38,800 nt of DNA from a virus (Duplodnaviria > Caudoviricetes), in the IMG/VR virus record IMGVR_UViG_3300017655_000013, positions 1 to 38,800 of that record; one strand, given 5' to 3'. The translations under genes were made by a program, and so were the position numbers. Shown here one piece after another: positions 16,356 to 25,994 of this stretch (position 1 is the stretch's first letter; every line of letters begins with the position of its first letter). The notes under the pieces are model-generated. The model had not been told where the DNA came from and did not search any database. It saw only the letters and a program-made list of their open reading frames with translations.

Positions 16356-17725
16356 GCCAGCCCGCGGTCCCGCTCTACGACTTCCAGGGCCAGTGGCTGC
16401 GTGACCGCAGCCGCTTCAAGCTCGGCATGTTCGCGCGGCAGACCGGCAAGACGTTCACGACGACACTGGAGATCGTCGACGACAGCTTCGAGGCCATCGT
16501 CAAAGGGCGCCGCACGCGCTGGGTGATCCTGAGCCGAGGCGAACGGCAGGCCAAGGAAGCGATGGAGGAAGGCGTCAAGCGGCACTGCCAGGCGTACCAG
16601 CTTGGCGTGCAATCGTTCGAGGCCGAGTACAAGGGTGAGCTCGGCACGTATCGCATGCTGGAGGTCGAGCTGCCGGGCGGCACGCGCATCACCTCGCTAC
16701 CGGCGAACCCGGACACAGCGCGCGGCTTCAGCGCCAACGTCTACCTGGACGAGTTCGCGTTCCACAAGGACTCCAAGGCGATCTGGGGCGCGCTGTTTCC
16801 GGTCGTGTCCAACGGATGGAAGCTGCGCATCACCTCGACGCCGAACGGCAAGGGCAACAAGTTCTACGAGTTGGCGACGGGTAAGGACGCCGTCTGGAGC
16901 CGCCACGAAGTCGACATCTACCGCGCCGTGCGCGATGGCCTGCCGCGCAACATCGACGAGCTGCGCGCCGCGCTCAACGATCCGGACCTGTGGGCGCAGG
17001 AGTACGAGCTGAAATGGCTCGACGAAGCGAGCGCGTGGCTGTCGTTCGAGCTCATCAACGACAACGAACACGAGCTGGCCGGCAACCCGGACCTGTACGA
17101 GGGCGGCGACTGCTACATCGGCATCGACATCGGCGCGCGACGCGACCTGTTCGTGCTGTGGGTCAAGGAGCGCGTCGGCGACGTGCTGTGGACGCGCGAA
17201 ATTCATGCCGAGCGCCGCCTGAAGTTCGCGGCTCAAGACGAGCTGCTCGACAACGCGATGCGCAAGTACCGCGTGCGGGGCGTCTGGATGGACCAGACCG
17301 GCATGGGCGAGAAGCCCGTCGAGGACGCGAAGCGGCGCTACGGCGAACACCGCGTGCACGGCGTGCTGTTCAACGCGGCCAGCAAGCAGTACCTGGCCAC
17401 GGTGGGCAAAGAGTCGTTCGAGGATCGCCGCGAGCGCATTCCGCAGGGCGACCAGCCGCTCCGCGCAGACCTGCACAAGCTGCGCCGCGAGACCGGCCCG
17501 ACAGGCAACGTGCGCTTCGTAGCCGAGAGCGACGCGGCCGGCCATGCCGACCGTGCATGGGCGTGCTTTCTCGCAACGGCGGCCGCGAGCGAGCCTGCAT
17601 CCATCATCGATTTTCAATCAACCGGTCCGCGCGAGACGTTCGATCAAGACGGCGTCATCGTTCGGCCGACCAGCACGGGCTGGGGCACGATCCCCGGCCG
17701 GAATGACTTCGGAGGCTACCTGTGA
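16352..17725 (+). CDS. terminase large subunit (Mu gp28-like)
   Basis: ARQTGKT, LPANPDTARG, YLDEFAF, TSTPNG, IGIDIG, DQTGMG and GHADRAWA motifs. Confidence 0.96.
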   Translation: MSQPAVPLYDFQGQWLRDRSRFKLGMFARQTGKTFTTTLEIVDDSFEAIVKGRRTRWVILSRGERQAKEAMEEGVKRHCQAYQLGVQSFEAEYKGELGTYRMLEVELPGGTRITSLPANPDTARGFSANVYLDEFAFHKDSKAIWGALFPVVSNGWKLRITSTPNGKGNKFYELATGKDAVWSRHEVDIYRAVRDGLPRNIDELRAALNDPDLWAQEYELKWLDEASAWLSFELINDNEHELAGNPDLYEGGDCYIGIDIGARRDLFVLWVKERVGDVLWTREIHAERRLKFAAQDELLDNAMRKYRVRGVWMDQTGMGEKPVEDAKRRYGEHRVHGVLFNAASKQYLATVGKESFEDRRERIPQGDQPLRADLHKLRRETGPTGNVRFVAESDAAGHADRAWACFLATAAASEPASIIDFQSTGPRETFDQDGVIVRPTSTGWGTIPGRNDFGGYL

Positions 17726-19212
17726 GCGACGTCGAGAACGCGCCCCGTCCGGTACGCGACGTCGAAATCGCATCGACGCGCGACGGCATCGACATCACCC
17801 GCGGCTATTCGGGGCCGCTGCTGGTCCCTGCGGATCGTGTCCTGCGTGACCGCGGCGGCAACGACCTGTCGCTCTACGAGCGGGTACTGTCCGACCCGAA
17901 GGCGATGAGCACGTTCCGCGACCGCCGCAACGCGGTCGTGCAGTGCGAGTGGATCGTCGATGCAGCGAGCGATCGGCGTGTCGACCGCAAGGCGGCCGAC
18001 CATCTGCGTAAGCAGCTGCAGCGCGTCGGTTGGGATCGCGTCTCGAACCTGATGCTGTACGGCATCTGGTATGGCTACGCCGTAGCGGAAATCATGTACG
18101 GCGTCGAGGATGGGCTCATCACCTGGGACGCGATCAAGGTCCGCAACCGTCGGCGCTTTCGCTTCACGCCGGGGGGCGAGCTGCGCATGCTCACGTTCTC
18201 GAACATGTTCGAGGGCGTCGAGCTACCGCCCACCAAGTTCTGGCACTTCGCGACCGGCGCGGACAACGACGATGAGCCGTATGGCTTGGGCCTGGGGCAC
18301 TGGTGCTACTGGCCCGTTCTGTTCAAGCGCAACGGCATCCAGTTCTGGTTGACCTTCCTGGACAAGTTCGGCGCGCCGACGGGCGTCGGCAAGTTCGACG
18401 CCGGCACTGCAGATAAGAGCGAGCAAAGCAAGCTGCTTGCCGCGGTGCATGCTATCCGTAGCGATAGTGGCGTCATCATCCCCAAGGACATGGAGATCGA
18501 GCTGCTCGAAGCCGCTCGCAGCGGCAGCGTCGACTACCGATCGCTTCATGACACGATGGATGCGACGATCGCGCAGGCCGTCATCGGCCAGGTCGCGAGC
18601 AGCCAGGGCACGCCGGGCCGGCTCGGCAACGACGACCTGCAGGGCGACGTGCGCGACGACCTGGTCAAGGCCGATGCCGACCTCAAGTGCGAGTCGCTCA
18701 ACCTCGGGCCGGTGCGCTGGCTCACGCGCTGGAATTTCCCTGACGCTGATCCGCCGCGCGTCTATCGCGTGACCGAGGAGGATGAAGACCTCGGCGAGCG
18801 TGCGAAGCGGGACGAGACCATCTATCGGCTCGGCTTCAAGCCATCCCTCGACTACGTCCATTCGACGTACGGCGGCGAGTGGGTCGAGCGCGCCCCGTCG
18901 CCGGAGGACTCCCTCATCGACATCCCGCCGATGCCGCCGCCCGCGCCGGCATTCGCGGCGCCGGCCGCGGAGCGCGATCGCGTCGACCAGCTGGCGCCGC
19001 TCCTGCAGGCGGCCGCGCAGCCGGTCGTGGACGACCTGGTCGAGCGGGCGCGCCGACTCGTCCGCGCAAGCGGATCGCTCGACGAGGTCCGCGATGCGTT
19101 GCCGTCACTGTTCGGCGATGAGCCGCCCGCGCGCCTGACGAGCGCGATCCAGGACGGCATCGCGGTCGCGCGTCTGGCGGGCCAGTCTGACGCGAGCGAC
19201 GATAGTGCCTGA
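17722..19212 (+). CDS. portal protein (DUF935, Mu gp29-like)
   Basis: YGYAVAEI, PYGLGL...YWPVLFKR...WLTFLDKFGAP, IPKDMEIELLEA. Confidence 0.95.
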   Translation: MSDVENAPRPVRDVEIASTRDGIDITRGYSGPLLVPADRVLRDRGGNDLSLYERVLSDPKAMSTFRDRRNAVVQCEWIVDAASDRRVDRKAADHLRKQLQRVGWDRVSNLMLYGIWYGYAVAEIMYGVEDGLITWDAIKVRNRRRFRFTPGGELRMLTFSNMFEGVELPPTKFWHFATGADNDDEPYGLGLGHWCYWPVLFKRNGIQFWLTFLDKFGAPTGVGKFDAGTADKSEQSKLLAAVHAIRSDSGVIIPKDMEIELLEAARSGSVDYRSLHDTMDATIAQAVIGQVASSQGTPGRLGNDDLQGDVRDDLVKADADLKCESLNLGPVRWLTRWNFPDADPPRVYRVTEEDEDLGERAKRDETIYRLGFKPSLDYVHSTYGGEWVERAPSPEDSLIDIPPMPPPAPAFAAPAAERDRVDQLAPLLQAAAQPVVDDLVERARRLVRASGSLDEVRDALPSLFGDEPPARLTSAIQDGIAVARLAGQSDASDDSA

Positions 19213-19843
19213 GATTCGCGGCAGCTTCGGAAACTTTGCGGAGGCGGTGCTGTATTTCCGCCGCAAGCGGACCGTGCCGACCGCCACCTGGCGCGACCTG
19301 TGGCAGGGCCAGCACGCGCAGGCGTTCACGGTGGCCGGTGCGATGCAGGCCGACCTGCTGGCCGATCTGCGCGAGGCGGTGGACGCGGCAATCACCCAGG
19401 GTGAGACGCTGGAGGATTTCCGCTCGCGCTTCGATGAGATCGTCGAGCGCCGCGGTTGGACCGGCTGGACTGGCGATGAGAGCCAGGCCCGGCGCGCCTG
19501 GCGCACAAACGTCATCTACACGACCAACTTGCGCACGGCGTACCAGGCCGGCCGCTGGGACACGCTCCAGTCGTTCGTTTATCTGCGCTACCAGCACAAC
19601 CCGTCGCCGCAACCGCGCGAGACACATCAGGCGTGGAACGGCCTGATCCTGCGCCGAGACGATCCGTGGTGGACGACGCATTACCCACCCAACGGCTGGG
19701 GCTGCCGCTGTTCCGTGACGGGCGTCAGCGAGGCCCGCTTGCGCGTGCTCGGCAAGTCCGGACCTGATGCCGCGCCGCCGCCATCCGCCGGCGACCCGCC
19801 GCCGGAATGGGCGTATCACGTCGGCCAGGCCAGCCGTGGCTGA
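19205..19843 (+). CDS. Mu gp30/F-like head morphogenesis protein
   Basis: AFTVAGA, IYTTNLRTAYQAGRW, HYPPNGWGCRCSV. Confidence 0.93.
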   Translation: MPEIRGSFGNFAEAVLYFRRKRTVPTATWRDLWQGQHAQAFTVAGAMQADLLADLREAVDAAITQGETLEDFRSRFDEIVERRGWTGWTGDESQARRAWRTNVIYTTNLRTAYQAGRWDTLQSFVYLRYQHNPSPQPRETHQAWNGLILRRDDPWWTTHYPPNGWGCRCSVTGVSEARLRVLGKSGPDAAPPPSAGDPPPEWAYHVGQASRG

Positions 19844-20339
19844 CGAGCTGACGATCCGCATCGACGACGCGGCGGTAGTCGCGATGTTCGCGCGGCTGCG
19901 CGGCGTGCGCGACCTTTCGCCGCTGATGGCCGACATCGGCGAAGCCGTGCTGGAGAGCACGCAACAGCGCTTCGTCACGTCAACCGCACCGGACGGTTCG
20001 AAGTGGAAGCCGCTCGCCGACGGCAGCGGCCGCAAGCCGCTGCTCAAGTCCGGCACGATGCGCGATGAGATTGCGCCGCGCAGCGGGCGTGACTTCGCCG
20101 AGCTGATCGCGACACGTCGGCAAGCTCGCTGGCACCAGGAGGGCACGCCGCCCTACACGATCACGGCCAAGCCTGGCTCCGCACTGCACTGGCCGGGCGC
20201 CGCTCATCCCGTCCCGAAGGTCGAGCATCCCGGCCTGCCGGCGCGCCAGTTCATGGGCGTGTCCGCCGCGGACGTACAGACGATCGGCGCGCTCGGCGAA
20301 GCTTTCCTCGACGGGCTCGCTCAGGGGCGGCAGCGCTAG
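19836..20339 (+). CDS. virion morphogenesis protein (Mu gpG-like)
   Basis: QRF...APDGSKWKPL...LLKSGTMR...HQEG...PARQFMG. Confidence 0.9.
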   Translation: MADELTIRIDDAAVVAMFARLRGVRDLSPLMADIGEAVLESTQQRFVTSTAPDGSKWKPLADGSGRKPLLKSGTMRDEIAPRSGRDFAELIATRRQARWHQEGTPPYTITAKPGSALHWPGAAHPVPKVEHPGLPARQFMGVSAADVQTIGALGEAFLDGLAQGRQR

Positions 20340-20502
20340 TTTCGTGCCGGCCGAATCTGCGCGCCTACGCGCCCCAGCAGCTTCGCCCCGCGCCATCGCC
20401 CGCTCTGCGCGGGCGCCTGGCTGTCAGACACCCGATTCCGGACGATTCCGGCGCGATCGGAGGGCGCGCTACACTCTGCGTCGAGCCCCATGGAGCCGAC
20501 CG

Positions 20503-20760
20503 ATGAACTTCGACTGGATCGAAACGTCCCCCGAGTGGGAAGCGTGCATCAACGCCGCGGGCGAGCTGACCGGCGCCCAGCGCATGGTCCTGCGCGCTGA
20601 CGTGTTCTTCGAGCGGTCGGACATTCCGGGTGGTCTGCGCGGCGGCTTCGACTGGCGTCCGGCCTGGCAGACCTGGGCGCACGAGCAGCACCGCGGCTAT
20701 CAATGCTATGGCCGACACGACGGACGACTGGAGTTCCTGCGCGTCACCACGCGCGAGTAG
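20503..20760 (+). CDS. orphan accessory protein between G and protease genes
   Basis: 85 aa, GGAG RBS, TACACT -10-like hexamer at 20470. Confidence 0.7.
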   Translation: MNFDWIETSPEWEACINAAGELTGAQRMVLRADVFFERSDIPGGLRGGFDWRPAWQTWAHEQHRGYQCYGRHDGRLEFLRVTTRE

Positions 20761-20767
20761 CGCGCAG

Positions 20768-20813
20768 CCTGTGAACGCGGACCCAAGACCTTTGGGCCGC
20801 CGATGTCGACACT
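20768..20813 (+). promoter_or_regulatory. putative activator-dependent late promoter (head/tail operon)
   Basis: CCTGTGAACGCGGACCCAAGACCTTT-N14-GACACT; the ATG follows 6 nt later. Confidence 0.8.
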
Positions 20814-20819
20814 GGCTGC

Positions 20820-21992
20820 ATGCCTACCGCAGCCACGCTTCCCACAGACATCGAAATTTTCCGCGCCGGCACGCACACCGCGAGCGACGGCGTCACGCAG
20901 GTCACGGTCACACACGATGACCTGGCGGCGATCGCCGCAGCGTACGATCCCGCCGTAGGCGAGGCGCCCCACGTCATCGGCCACCCCGAGCTCAACGCTC
21001 CGGCCTACGGCTGGGTGCGCAAGCTCGAAGCGCGCAACGGCGTCCTGTTCGCAGCCGAGTCCGCGCAGGTCGAGCCGGCGTTCGCAGGGCTCGTCGGCAA
21101 CGGGCGCTTCAAAAAGCGCTCCGCATCGTTCTTTCTCCCGGACACGGTGGGCAACCCGACGCCGGGGAAGATGTACCTGCGGCACGTCGGATGGCTCGGC
21201 GCAGCCGCGCCCGCGATCACGGGATTGCGGGACGTGCAGTTCAGCGCTGCCGACAAGTCCGGTCTCCTGGAGTTCTCGGTCCCGGTCGAGCGGCCGTGGA
21301 TCTTCCGCACCATCGCCGAGATTTTCCGGCGCCTGCGCGACGGCCTGGTCGAGCGCGACGGCGCCGAGGAAGCCGACCGCATCATCCCCGCCTGGCAGCT
21401 CGACGCGCTCGTCGAAGCCGCGAATCCGCCGCCGGCCGCAACCCCGTCCTTCGCCGCGCCCGCGGCACCCCAACCGGAGCCCTCAATGTCGCAGCAGAAC
21501 ACCGTGGACTTCGCTGCACGCGAAGCCCAGCTCAATACCCGTCAGCAGGAGATCGACCGCCGCGAGGCCGCGGTCCGCGAAACCGAAGCCAAGGCCCGCC
21601 GCGCAGGCGTCGCCGACTTCACGGCCGCGCTCGTGAAGGCCGGCAAGCTCCTGCCGCGGCACGAAGCGCCGATGATCGAGCTGCTGATGCACCTCGAATC
21701 GGGCACCGGCAACGGCCAGCCGGCGACGCTCAACTTCTCTGCCCCGGATGGCTCCAACACCGCTGTCCAGGCCGGCGCCGCGCTGCGCACGCTGCTGAGC
21801 GATCTGCCCGTGCAGGTCGATTTCGCCGAGCGCGGTGCCGGCGAACCGATCGAGGGCGCCGCGAACTTCTCCGCACCGTCCGGCACGCACGTCGAGCGCG
21901 ATCGCCTGGAGCTTCATTCCAAGGCCGAGGCTTTCCGGCGTTCGCATCCGGGCACCAGCTACCTCGACGCCGTTCGCGCCGTCGGCGGCTGA
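20820..21992 (+). CDS. prohead protease/scaffold (Mu I/Z-like); probable internal scaffold start at 21486
   Basis: IEIFRAGTH, EAPHVIGHP, PAYGWV, YLRHVGWLGAAAPAITGL; in-frame GGAG-N6-ATG (MSQQN). Confidence 0.9.
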   Translation: MPTAATLPTDIEIFRAGTHTASDGVTQVTVTHDDLAAIAAAYDPAVGEAPHVIGHPELNAPAYGWVRKLEARNGVLFAAESAQVEPAFAGLVGNGRFKKRSASFFLPDTVGNPTPGKMYLRHVGWLGAAAPAITGLRDVQFSAADKSGLLEFSVPVERPWIFRTIAEIFRRLRDGLVERDGAEEADRIIPAWQLDALVEAANPPPAATPSFAAPAAPQPEPSMSQQNTVDFAAREAQLNTRQQEIDRREAAVRETEAKARRAGVADFTAALVKAGKLLPRHEAPMIELLMHLESGTGNGQPATLNFSAPDGSNTAVQAGAALRTLLSDLPVQVDFAERGAGEPIEGAANFSAPSGTHVERDRLELHSKAEAFRRSHPGTSYLDAVRAVGG

Positions 21993-22020
21993 TCTCTCCG
22001 TTCGACTACCAGGAGCACCT

Positions 22021-22365
22021 ATGTCGCGTCAGTCCACTTCCCTGCTCGCCCTTGCCGTCGCGGCCACCGCCGACGTCGAGGCGGAGCGCTTCGTCACCGG
22101 CGCCGGTGCGCACGCCGTCGCCGGCGGTAACACGCTCGGCGTGTCGCGGTTCAAGGCGGCGAGCGGCGGGTACTTCACGGCCGACGTCGTCGGCACAGCG
22201 GTCGTCACCGCCGGTGGCGCGATTCCGGCCGGTGCGCCGATCGAGGTCGGCGCGAACGGCAAGGCCATCGTGCTCGACGAAGGCGTGCAGGTCGCGCGCG
22301 CCGCGCCGGGCGCGTCCGCTGCCGCCGACGGCGACCCGATCGAAGTCCTGCTGATCGTCAACTGA
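22021..22365 (+). CDS. head decoration/cement protein (DUF2190-like)
   Basis: Small Gly/Ala-rich beta protein ending AAADGDPIEVLL; AGGAG RBS; precedes the capsid gene. Confidence 0.85.
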   Translation: MSRQSTSLLALAVAATADVEAERFVTGAGAHAVAGGNTLGVSRFKAASGGYFTADVVGTAVVTAGGAIPAGAPIEVGANGKAIVLDEGVQVARAAPGASAAADGDPIEVLLIVN

Positions 22366-22399
22366 CGCGCAGCGTCTCTCACTCTCTCAGGAGCATCCC

Positions 22400-23365
22400 A
22401 TGCCTCAGATGTCCCCCGGTCAGACGCGCGTCGTCGACCCGATCCTTTCGACTCATGCGCGCGGCTACCGGCAGCGCAGCCTCATCGGTCAGGCGCTGTT
22501 CCCCCGCGCGCCGGTCTCGATGTACGGCGGCAAGATCATCGAGTTCGGCAAGGAGAGCTTCCGCCTCTACTCGTCGAAGCGCTCGCCGGGCTCAAATACC
22601 AAGCGCATCCAGTTCGGCTACGAGGGCAAGCCGTTCGCGATCCAGCCGAGCGCGCTTGAGGCGCCCGTACCCCGCGAGAGCATGCGCGACGCGAGCCAGG
22701 TGCCCGGCATCGACCTCGGCAGCCGCGCAGTCGACACCGTCCTGCGGTCGCTGCACCTGGAGCACGAGTACACCTGTGCGCAGACCGCACGCAACGCCGC
22801 AGCGTACGACGCAAACCACAAGGTAGCGCTCGTCGGCGCCGACCGCTGGACGTCGCCGACGTCCACGCCGGCCGCCGACGCGATGGTCGCACGCGAGGCG
22901 ATCCGGTCGTCCATTGGTGTGTATCCCAACACGCTGGAGCTTTCGGCGACGTGCCTGTCGGCGCTCAAGCAGCACCCCGACCTGGTCGGCCGGACCGCGG
23001 CCAACGCGACGCGGACGGTCACCATCGACACGCTCAAGGCCGTGTTCGAGGTGCAGAACATCGTCATCGGCTCGGCCGTCGTCGCGGATGCGGATGACAG
23101 CTTCGGCGACATCTGGGGCAATGACGCAATCTTCGCGTATGTGCCCGAGCTCGCGAGCAATGACACCGACGCCAGTGTGATGGCAAACCGGGAGGAGCCG
23201 AGCTACGGCTACACGTACGTGATCGAGGACCACCCGCTCGTCGAGGTGCCGTACTGGGATGCGAGCGCCAAGAGCTGGATTTACGGCGTCTCGTACGACA
23301 ACACGCCTGCGCTCACCGGCATGGTCGCCGGCTTCTTGATCCAGAACGCCGGCGCACCGCAGTAA
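22400..23365 (+). CDS. major capsid protein
   Basis: VVDPILSTHARGY, FGKESF, PSYGYTY, AGFLIQNA; strong RBS; synteny. Confidence 0.92.
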   Translation: MPQMSPGQTRVVDPILSTHARGYRQRSLIGQALFPRAPVSMYGGKIIEFGKESFRLYSSKRSPGSNTKRIQFGYEGKPFAIQPSALEAPVPRESMRDASQVPGIDLGSRAVDTVLRSLHLEHEYTCAQTARNAAAYDANHKVALVGADRWTSPTSTPAADAMVAREAIRSSIGVYPNTLELSATCLSALKQHPDLVGRTAANATRTVTIDTLKAVFEVQNIVIGSAVVADADDSFGDIWGNDAIFAYVPELASNDTDASVMANREEPSYGYTYVIEDHPLVEVPYWDASAKSWIYGVSYDNTPALTGMVAGFLIQNAGAPQ

Positions 23366-23394
23366 CTCCACACCACGCCCCGAGAGAGAGCCCG

Positions 23395-23420
23395 CGGCGG
23401 CCGGGAGAGCCCGGCCGCCG
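23395..23420 (+). terminator. 11-bp GC stem-loop after the capsid gene
   Basis: CGGCGGCCGGG-AGAG-CCCGGCCGCCG; no U-tract, so it may be a stabiliser or attenuator. Confidence 0.5.
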
Positions 23421-23438
23421 TCTAGCCAGGAGTGAGCG

Positions 23439-23729
23439 ATGAAGCGCTACACCATCAACAGCCCGATCAAGTACGGCGGCAAGGTGCGCAAGGACGGCAG
23501 CATCGAGCTGCCCGACGACGTCGCCGCCGATCTGCTCGCCGACGGGCATGTGTCCGAGGCGACGGTTACTGCCGCGGCTGCCGAGCAGGCTCGCGCCGAC
23601 GCCGCCGCAGCCGAGCGCGCCAAGGCCGATGAGGCCGCCGCTGCTGCGAAGGCCAAGACCGAGCAGGCCAGCGCCGAGCAGCCGGCGAAGCCCGCCGCGC
23701 AGAAGCCCGCAGGTAAGAAGGCGAAGTAA
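23439..23729 (+). CDS. hypothetical protein with Ala/Lys-rich tail (position of Mu gp35)
   Basis: AGGAG RBS; short beta domain plus low-complexity tail. Confidence 0.75.
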   Translation: MKRYTINSPIKYGGKVRKDGSIELPDDVAADLLADGHVSEATVTAAAAEQARADAAAAERAKADEAAAAAKAKTEQASAEQPAKPAAQKPAGKKAK

Positions 23730-23730
23730 C

Positions 23731-24252
23731 GTGTACGTGACGCCCGCCCACCTCGCCGAGCTGCCCGGCGCTCAGGAAATCAGCCAGGTCGCCACAGCCG
23801 AGCATGCCGCTCAGCTGGTCGACTACGAGCTGATGGACCTGACGCTGCGCGGCGGCGACCGTTCGGCGTACCCGCCGGACGGCATCGCCGCGGCCGACGC
23901 GGCGCTGGCGCGCGTCAACGAGGCAATCAAGAACGCCTCGTCGACGATCGACGGTTTCCTGCGCATGCGCGGCTACACGCTGCCGCTGTCGCCGGTGCCG
24001 GAGATTGTCTCGACCTGGGCGCGTGCGATCGCGCGCTACATGCTCCACCGCCATCGGCTGTCGGTCGAGCAGAACGACCCGATCGTCCGCGACTACAGCG
24101 ACGCGCTGAAGTTTCTGCGGCTGGTCGCAGACGGCAAGTTCTCGCTCGGCGCGAACGATCCGGTCGCGCCGACCGGCGGCGGCAGCCCGCAGCACTGCGC
24201 GCCGCCGCGCGTGTTCGATCAGCAGACCCTGCGCGACTTCACGGACCTGTGA
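23731..24252 (+). CDS. head-tail adaptor (DUF1320, Mu gp36-like)
   Basis: ASSTIDGFL...YTLPL...IARYML...DYSDALKFLRLVADGKFSLG. Confidence 0.9.
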   Translation: MYVTPAHLAELPGAQEISQVATAEHAAQLVDYELMDLTLRGGDRSAYPPDGIAAADAALARVNEAIKNASSTIDGFLRMRGYTLPLSPVPEIVSTWARAIARYMLHRHRLSVEQNDPIVRDYSDALKFLRLVADGKFSLGANDPVAPTGGGSPQHCAPPRVFDQQTLRDFTDL

Positions 24253-24689
24253 CCGTGCAGCTGACGTTTCCCATCGCACCGGTCATCGCGCATCTGGCCG
24301 GCCTGAAGGATCTGAAGCTGGTCAGCCACAGCGCGGACCTGACGACCGCGCTGCGCACGCCGCCCAACGCCGCGCCTGCGGCCTACGTGCTGGGTTCGTC
24401 GCGCGCGCAGCCGCCGCAGTTCACGGGCGAGGACAGCTTCGACCAGACCGCGGCCGCGGCGGTCCAGGTCGTGCTCTGGGTCCGCAACTACGCAAGCCAG
24501 CGTGCCGGCATCGGCGCACGCAATGACATGGACGCGCTCATCAACCAAGTCGGCGAGCGCGTGGTCGGCTTTCACACGACGGAAGAGTTCACGCCGCTCT
24601 GGTTCGGCAGCGGCACGGACGAGCACTACGACGGCGGGTGGCTCATCCACCAGCTGACCTTCTATTCCGAGTTTTCCATTCGGGTCTGA
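24249..24689 (+). CDS. tail terminator (Mu gp37-like)
   Basis: Synteny, size, APAAYV motif. Confidence 0.75.
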   Translation: MTVQLTFPIAPVIAHLAGLKDLKLVSHSADLTTALRTPPNAAPAAYVLGSSRAQPPQFTGEDSFDQTAAAAVQVVLWVRNYASQRAGIGARNDMDALINQVGERVVGFHTTEEFTPLWFGSGTDEHYDGGWLIHQLTFYSEFSIRV

Positions 24690-24702
24690 GGAGGCCCGCA
24701 CC

Positions 24703-24888
24703 ATGGCACAGCACAAGCACAAGCGCATGGCCGCACCGTGTCCCAAGGACGGCGGCGAGTACGAGGCCAAGGGCGACAAGCTCGTCGCGGCGATGGCGTT
24801 CGCGGCCGGGCTGGCCGCGGCGCCGGCCGCTCCGGCCACACCGCCCGCGACCGACGACAAGTCGGGCCGCGGAACCCGTTCCAAGTAA
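24703..24888 (+). CDS. small hypothetical protein
   Basis: GAGGAGG RBS; GGEY motif; precedes the tail tube gene. Confidence 0.65.
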   Translation: MAQHKHKRMAAPCPKDGGEYEAKGDKLVAAMAFAAGLAAAPAAPATPPATDDKSGRGTRSK

Positions 24889-24902
24889 CCGGAGGCCATC
24901 AA

Positions 24903-25928
24903 ATGGCACAGCCCAACCTCGAACGCTTCACCCGCCGCTCGCTGCTGCTCAAGCCGCAGCCGACCGCCGGTGTCGATCCTGTGCCGACGCCGGCACTCGA
25001 CGGCATCCGCTTGTTTAACGGCAGCTCGTCGACGGCGTTCGATACCGTCGAGCGGCCGACCGACCGCGACTTCCTCGGCCACAACGAGTTTGGCGTCGCG
25101 AACACCCGCGCGATGATCGAGGGCGACTTCGAGCTCTATCCGCCGACCACGCCCGGCCAGGTCGCGACCTCCGACGCCGATGCTGCGCGCATCCTGCTGC
25201 CGGCAGGTATGGCCGTCACCAAGGATGCCGGCAACAAGATCACGCGGTACTCGCCGATCTCAGCCAACTTCCCGATGGCGGCGGCGTACTGGTACCACGC
25301 CAACACCTTCTTGAAGGCGCTCAACGCACGGGCGACGCTCGCGTCTCTGGGCATGGAGATAGGCCAGCGTTACACCGGCCGCGCAACGATTCAAGGCGAC
25401 TATGAAGTCGAACTGATGGGCTCGCCCGGCAGTGCGGTCATCATCCCGAACAGGAAGCCCGTGATCGCCACGCATCGCAACTCGGTCTGTCTGGTCAGCA
25501 CGTTGACCGGCGGCGCCATTCCGAGCGCGCCGAGCACGCTTCTGGAAGACCTGCCGACCTGGTCGAAGTATCTGCGCATCGACCTGGGTGCGCAGCTGAC
25601 CAAGGACGAGTTCACCGAGCACAGCGAAAACAGCTACGGCAACCGGCAGCCGACTTTCAGCTGGCGCGTCGCCAAGACCGACGTCGACGCGGACTTCAAT
25701 CCGCTGTACGTCCGCGACATGGGCACGATCGTGCAGATCACGTGGTTCACGTACGTGGACGACACCAAGGATGGCCTCTACTCGATGCAGACCGTCCGCG
25801 GCCAGATCGAGAACATCGCCAACGCCGACATCAACGGCAAGGCCGGGTGGGACATCACCGGCCGCTGCATCCCGAGCGATGCCGGCGGCGACGAGTTCGG
25901 TATCGAGTTCGGCGACGCCGCACCGTAA
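24903..25928 (+). CDS. major tail (tube) protein
   Basis: GGAGG RBS; synteny before the chaperone; ends PSDAGGDEF. Confidence 0.8.
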   Translation: MAQPNLERFTRRSLLLKPQPTAGVDPVPTPALDGIRLFNGSSSTAFDTVERPTDRDFLGHNEFGVANTRAMIEGDFELYPPTTPGQVATSDADAARILLPAGMAVTKDAGNKITRYSPISANFPMAAAYWYHANTFLKALNARATLASLGMEIGQRYTGRATIQGDYEVELMGSPGSAVIIPNRKPVIATHRNSVCLVSTLTGGAIPSAPSTLLEDLPTWSKYLRIDLGAQLTKDEFTEHSENSYGNRQPTFSWRVAKTDVDADFNPLYVRDMGTIVQITWFTYVDDTKDGLYSMQTVRGQIENIANADINGKAGWDITGRCIPSDAGGDEFGIEFGDAAP

Positions 25929-25947
25929 CACCCACCTCAACCATCCA

Positions 25948-25977
25948 AGCGCCCAGCAGCCGCTGGGCGCTCTTCCT
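25948..25977 (+). terminator. stem-loop after the major tail gene
   Basis: AGCGCCCAGC-AGCC-GCTGGGCGCT followed by CTTCCT. Confidence 0.5.
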
Positions 25978-25994
25978 GCAACTGGAGATTCGCT

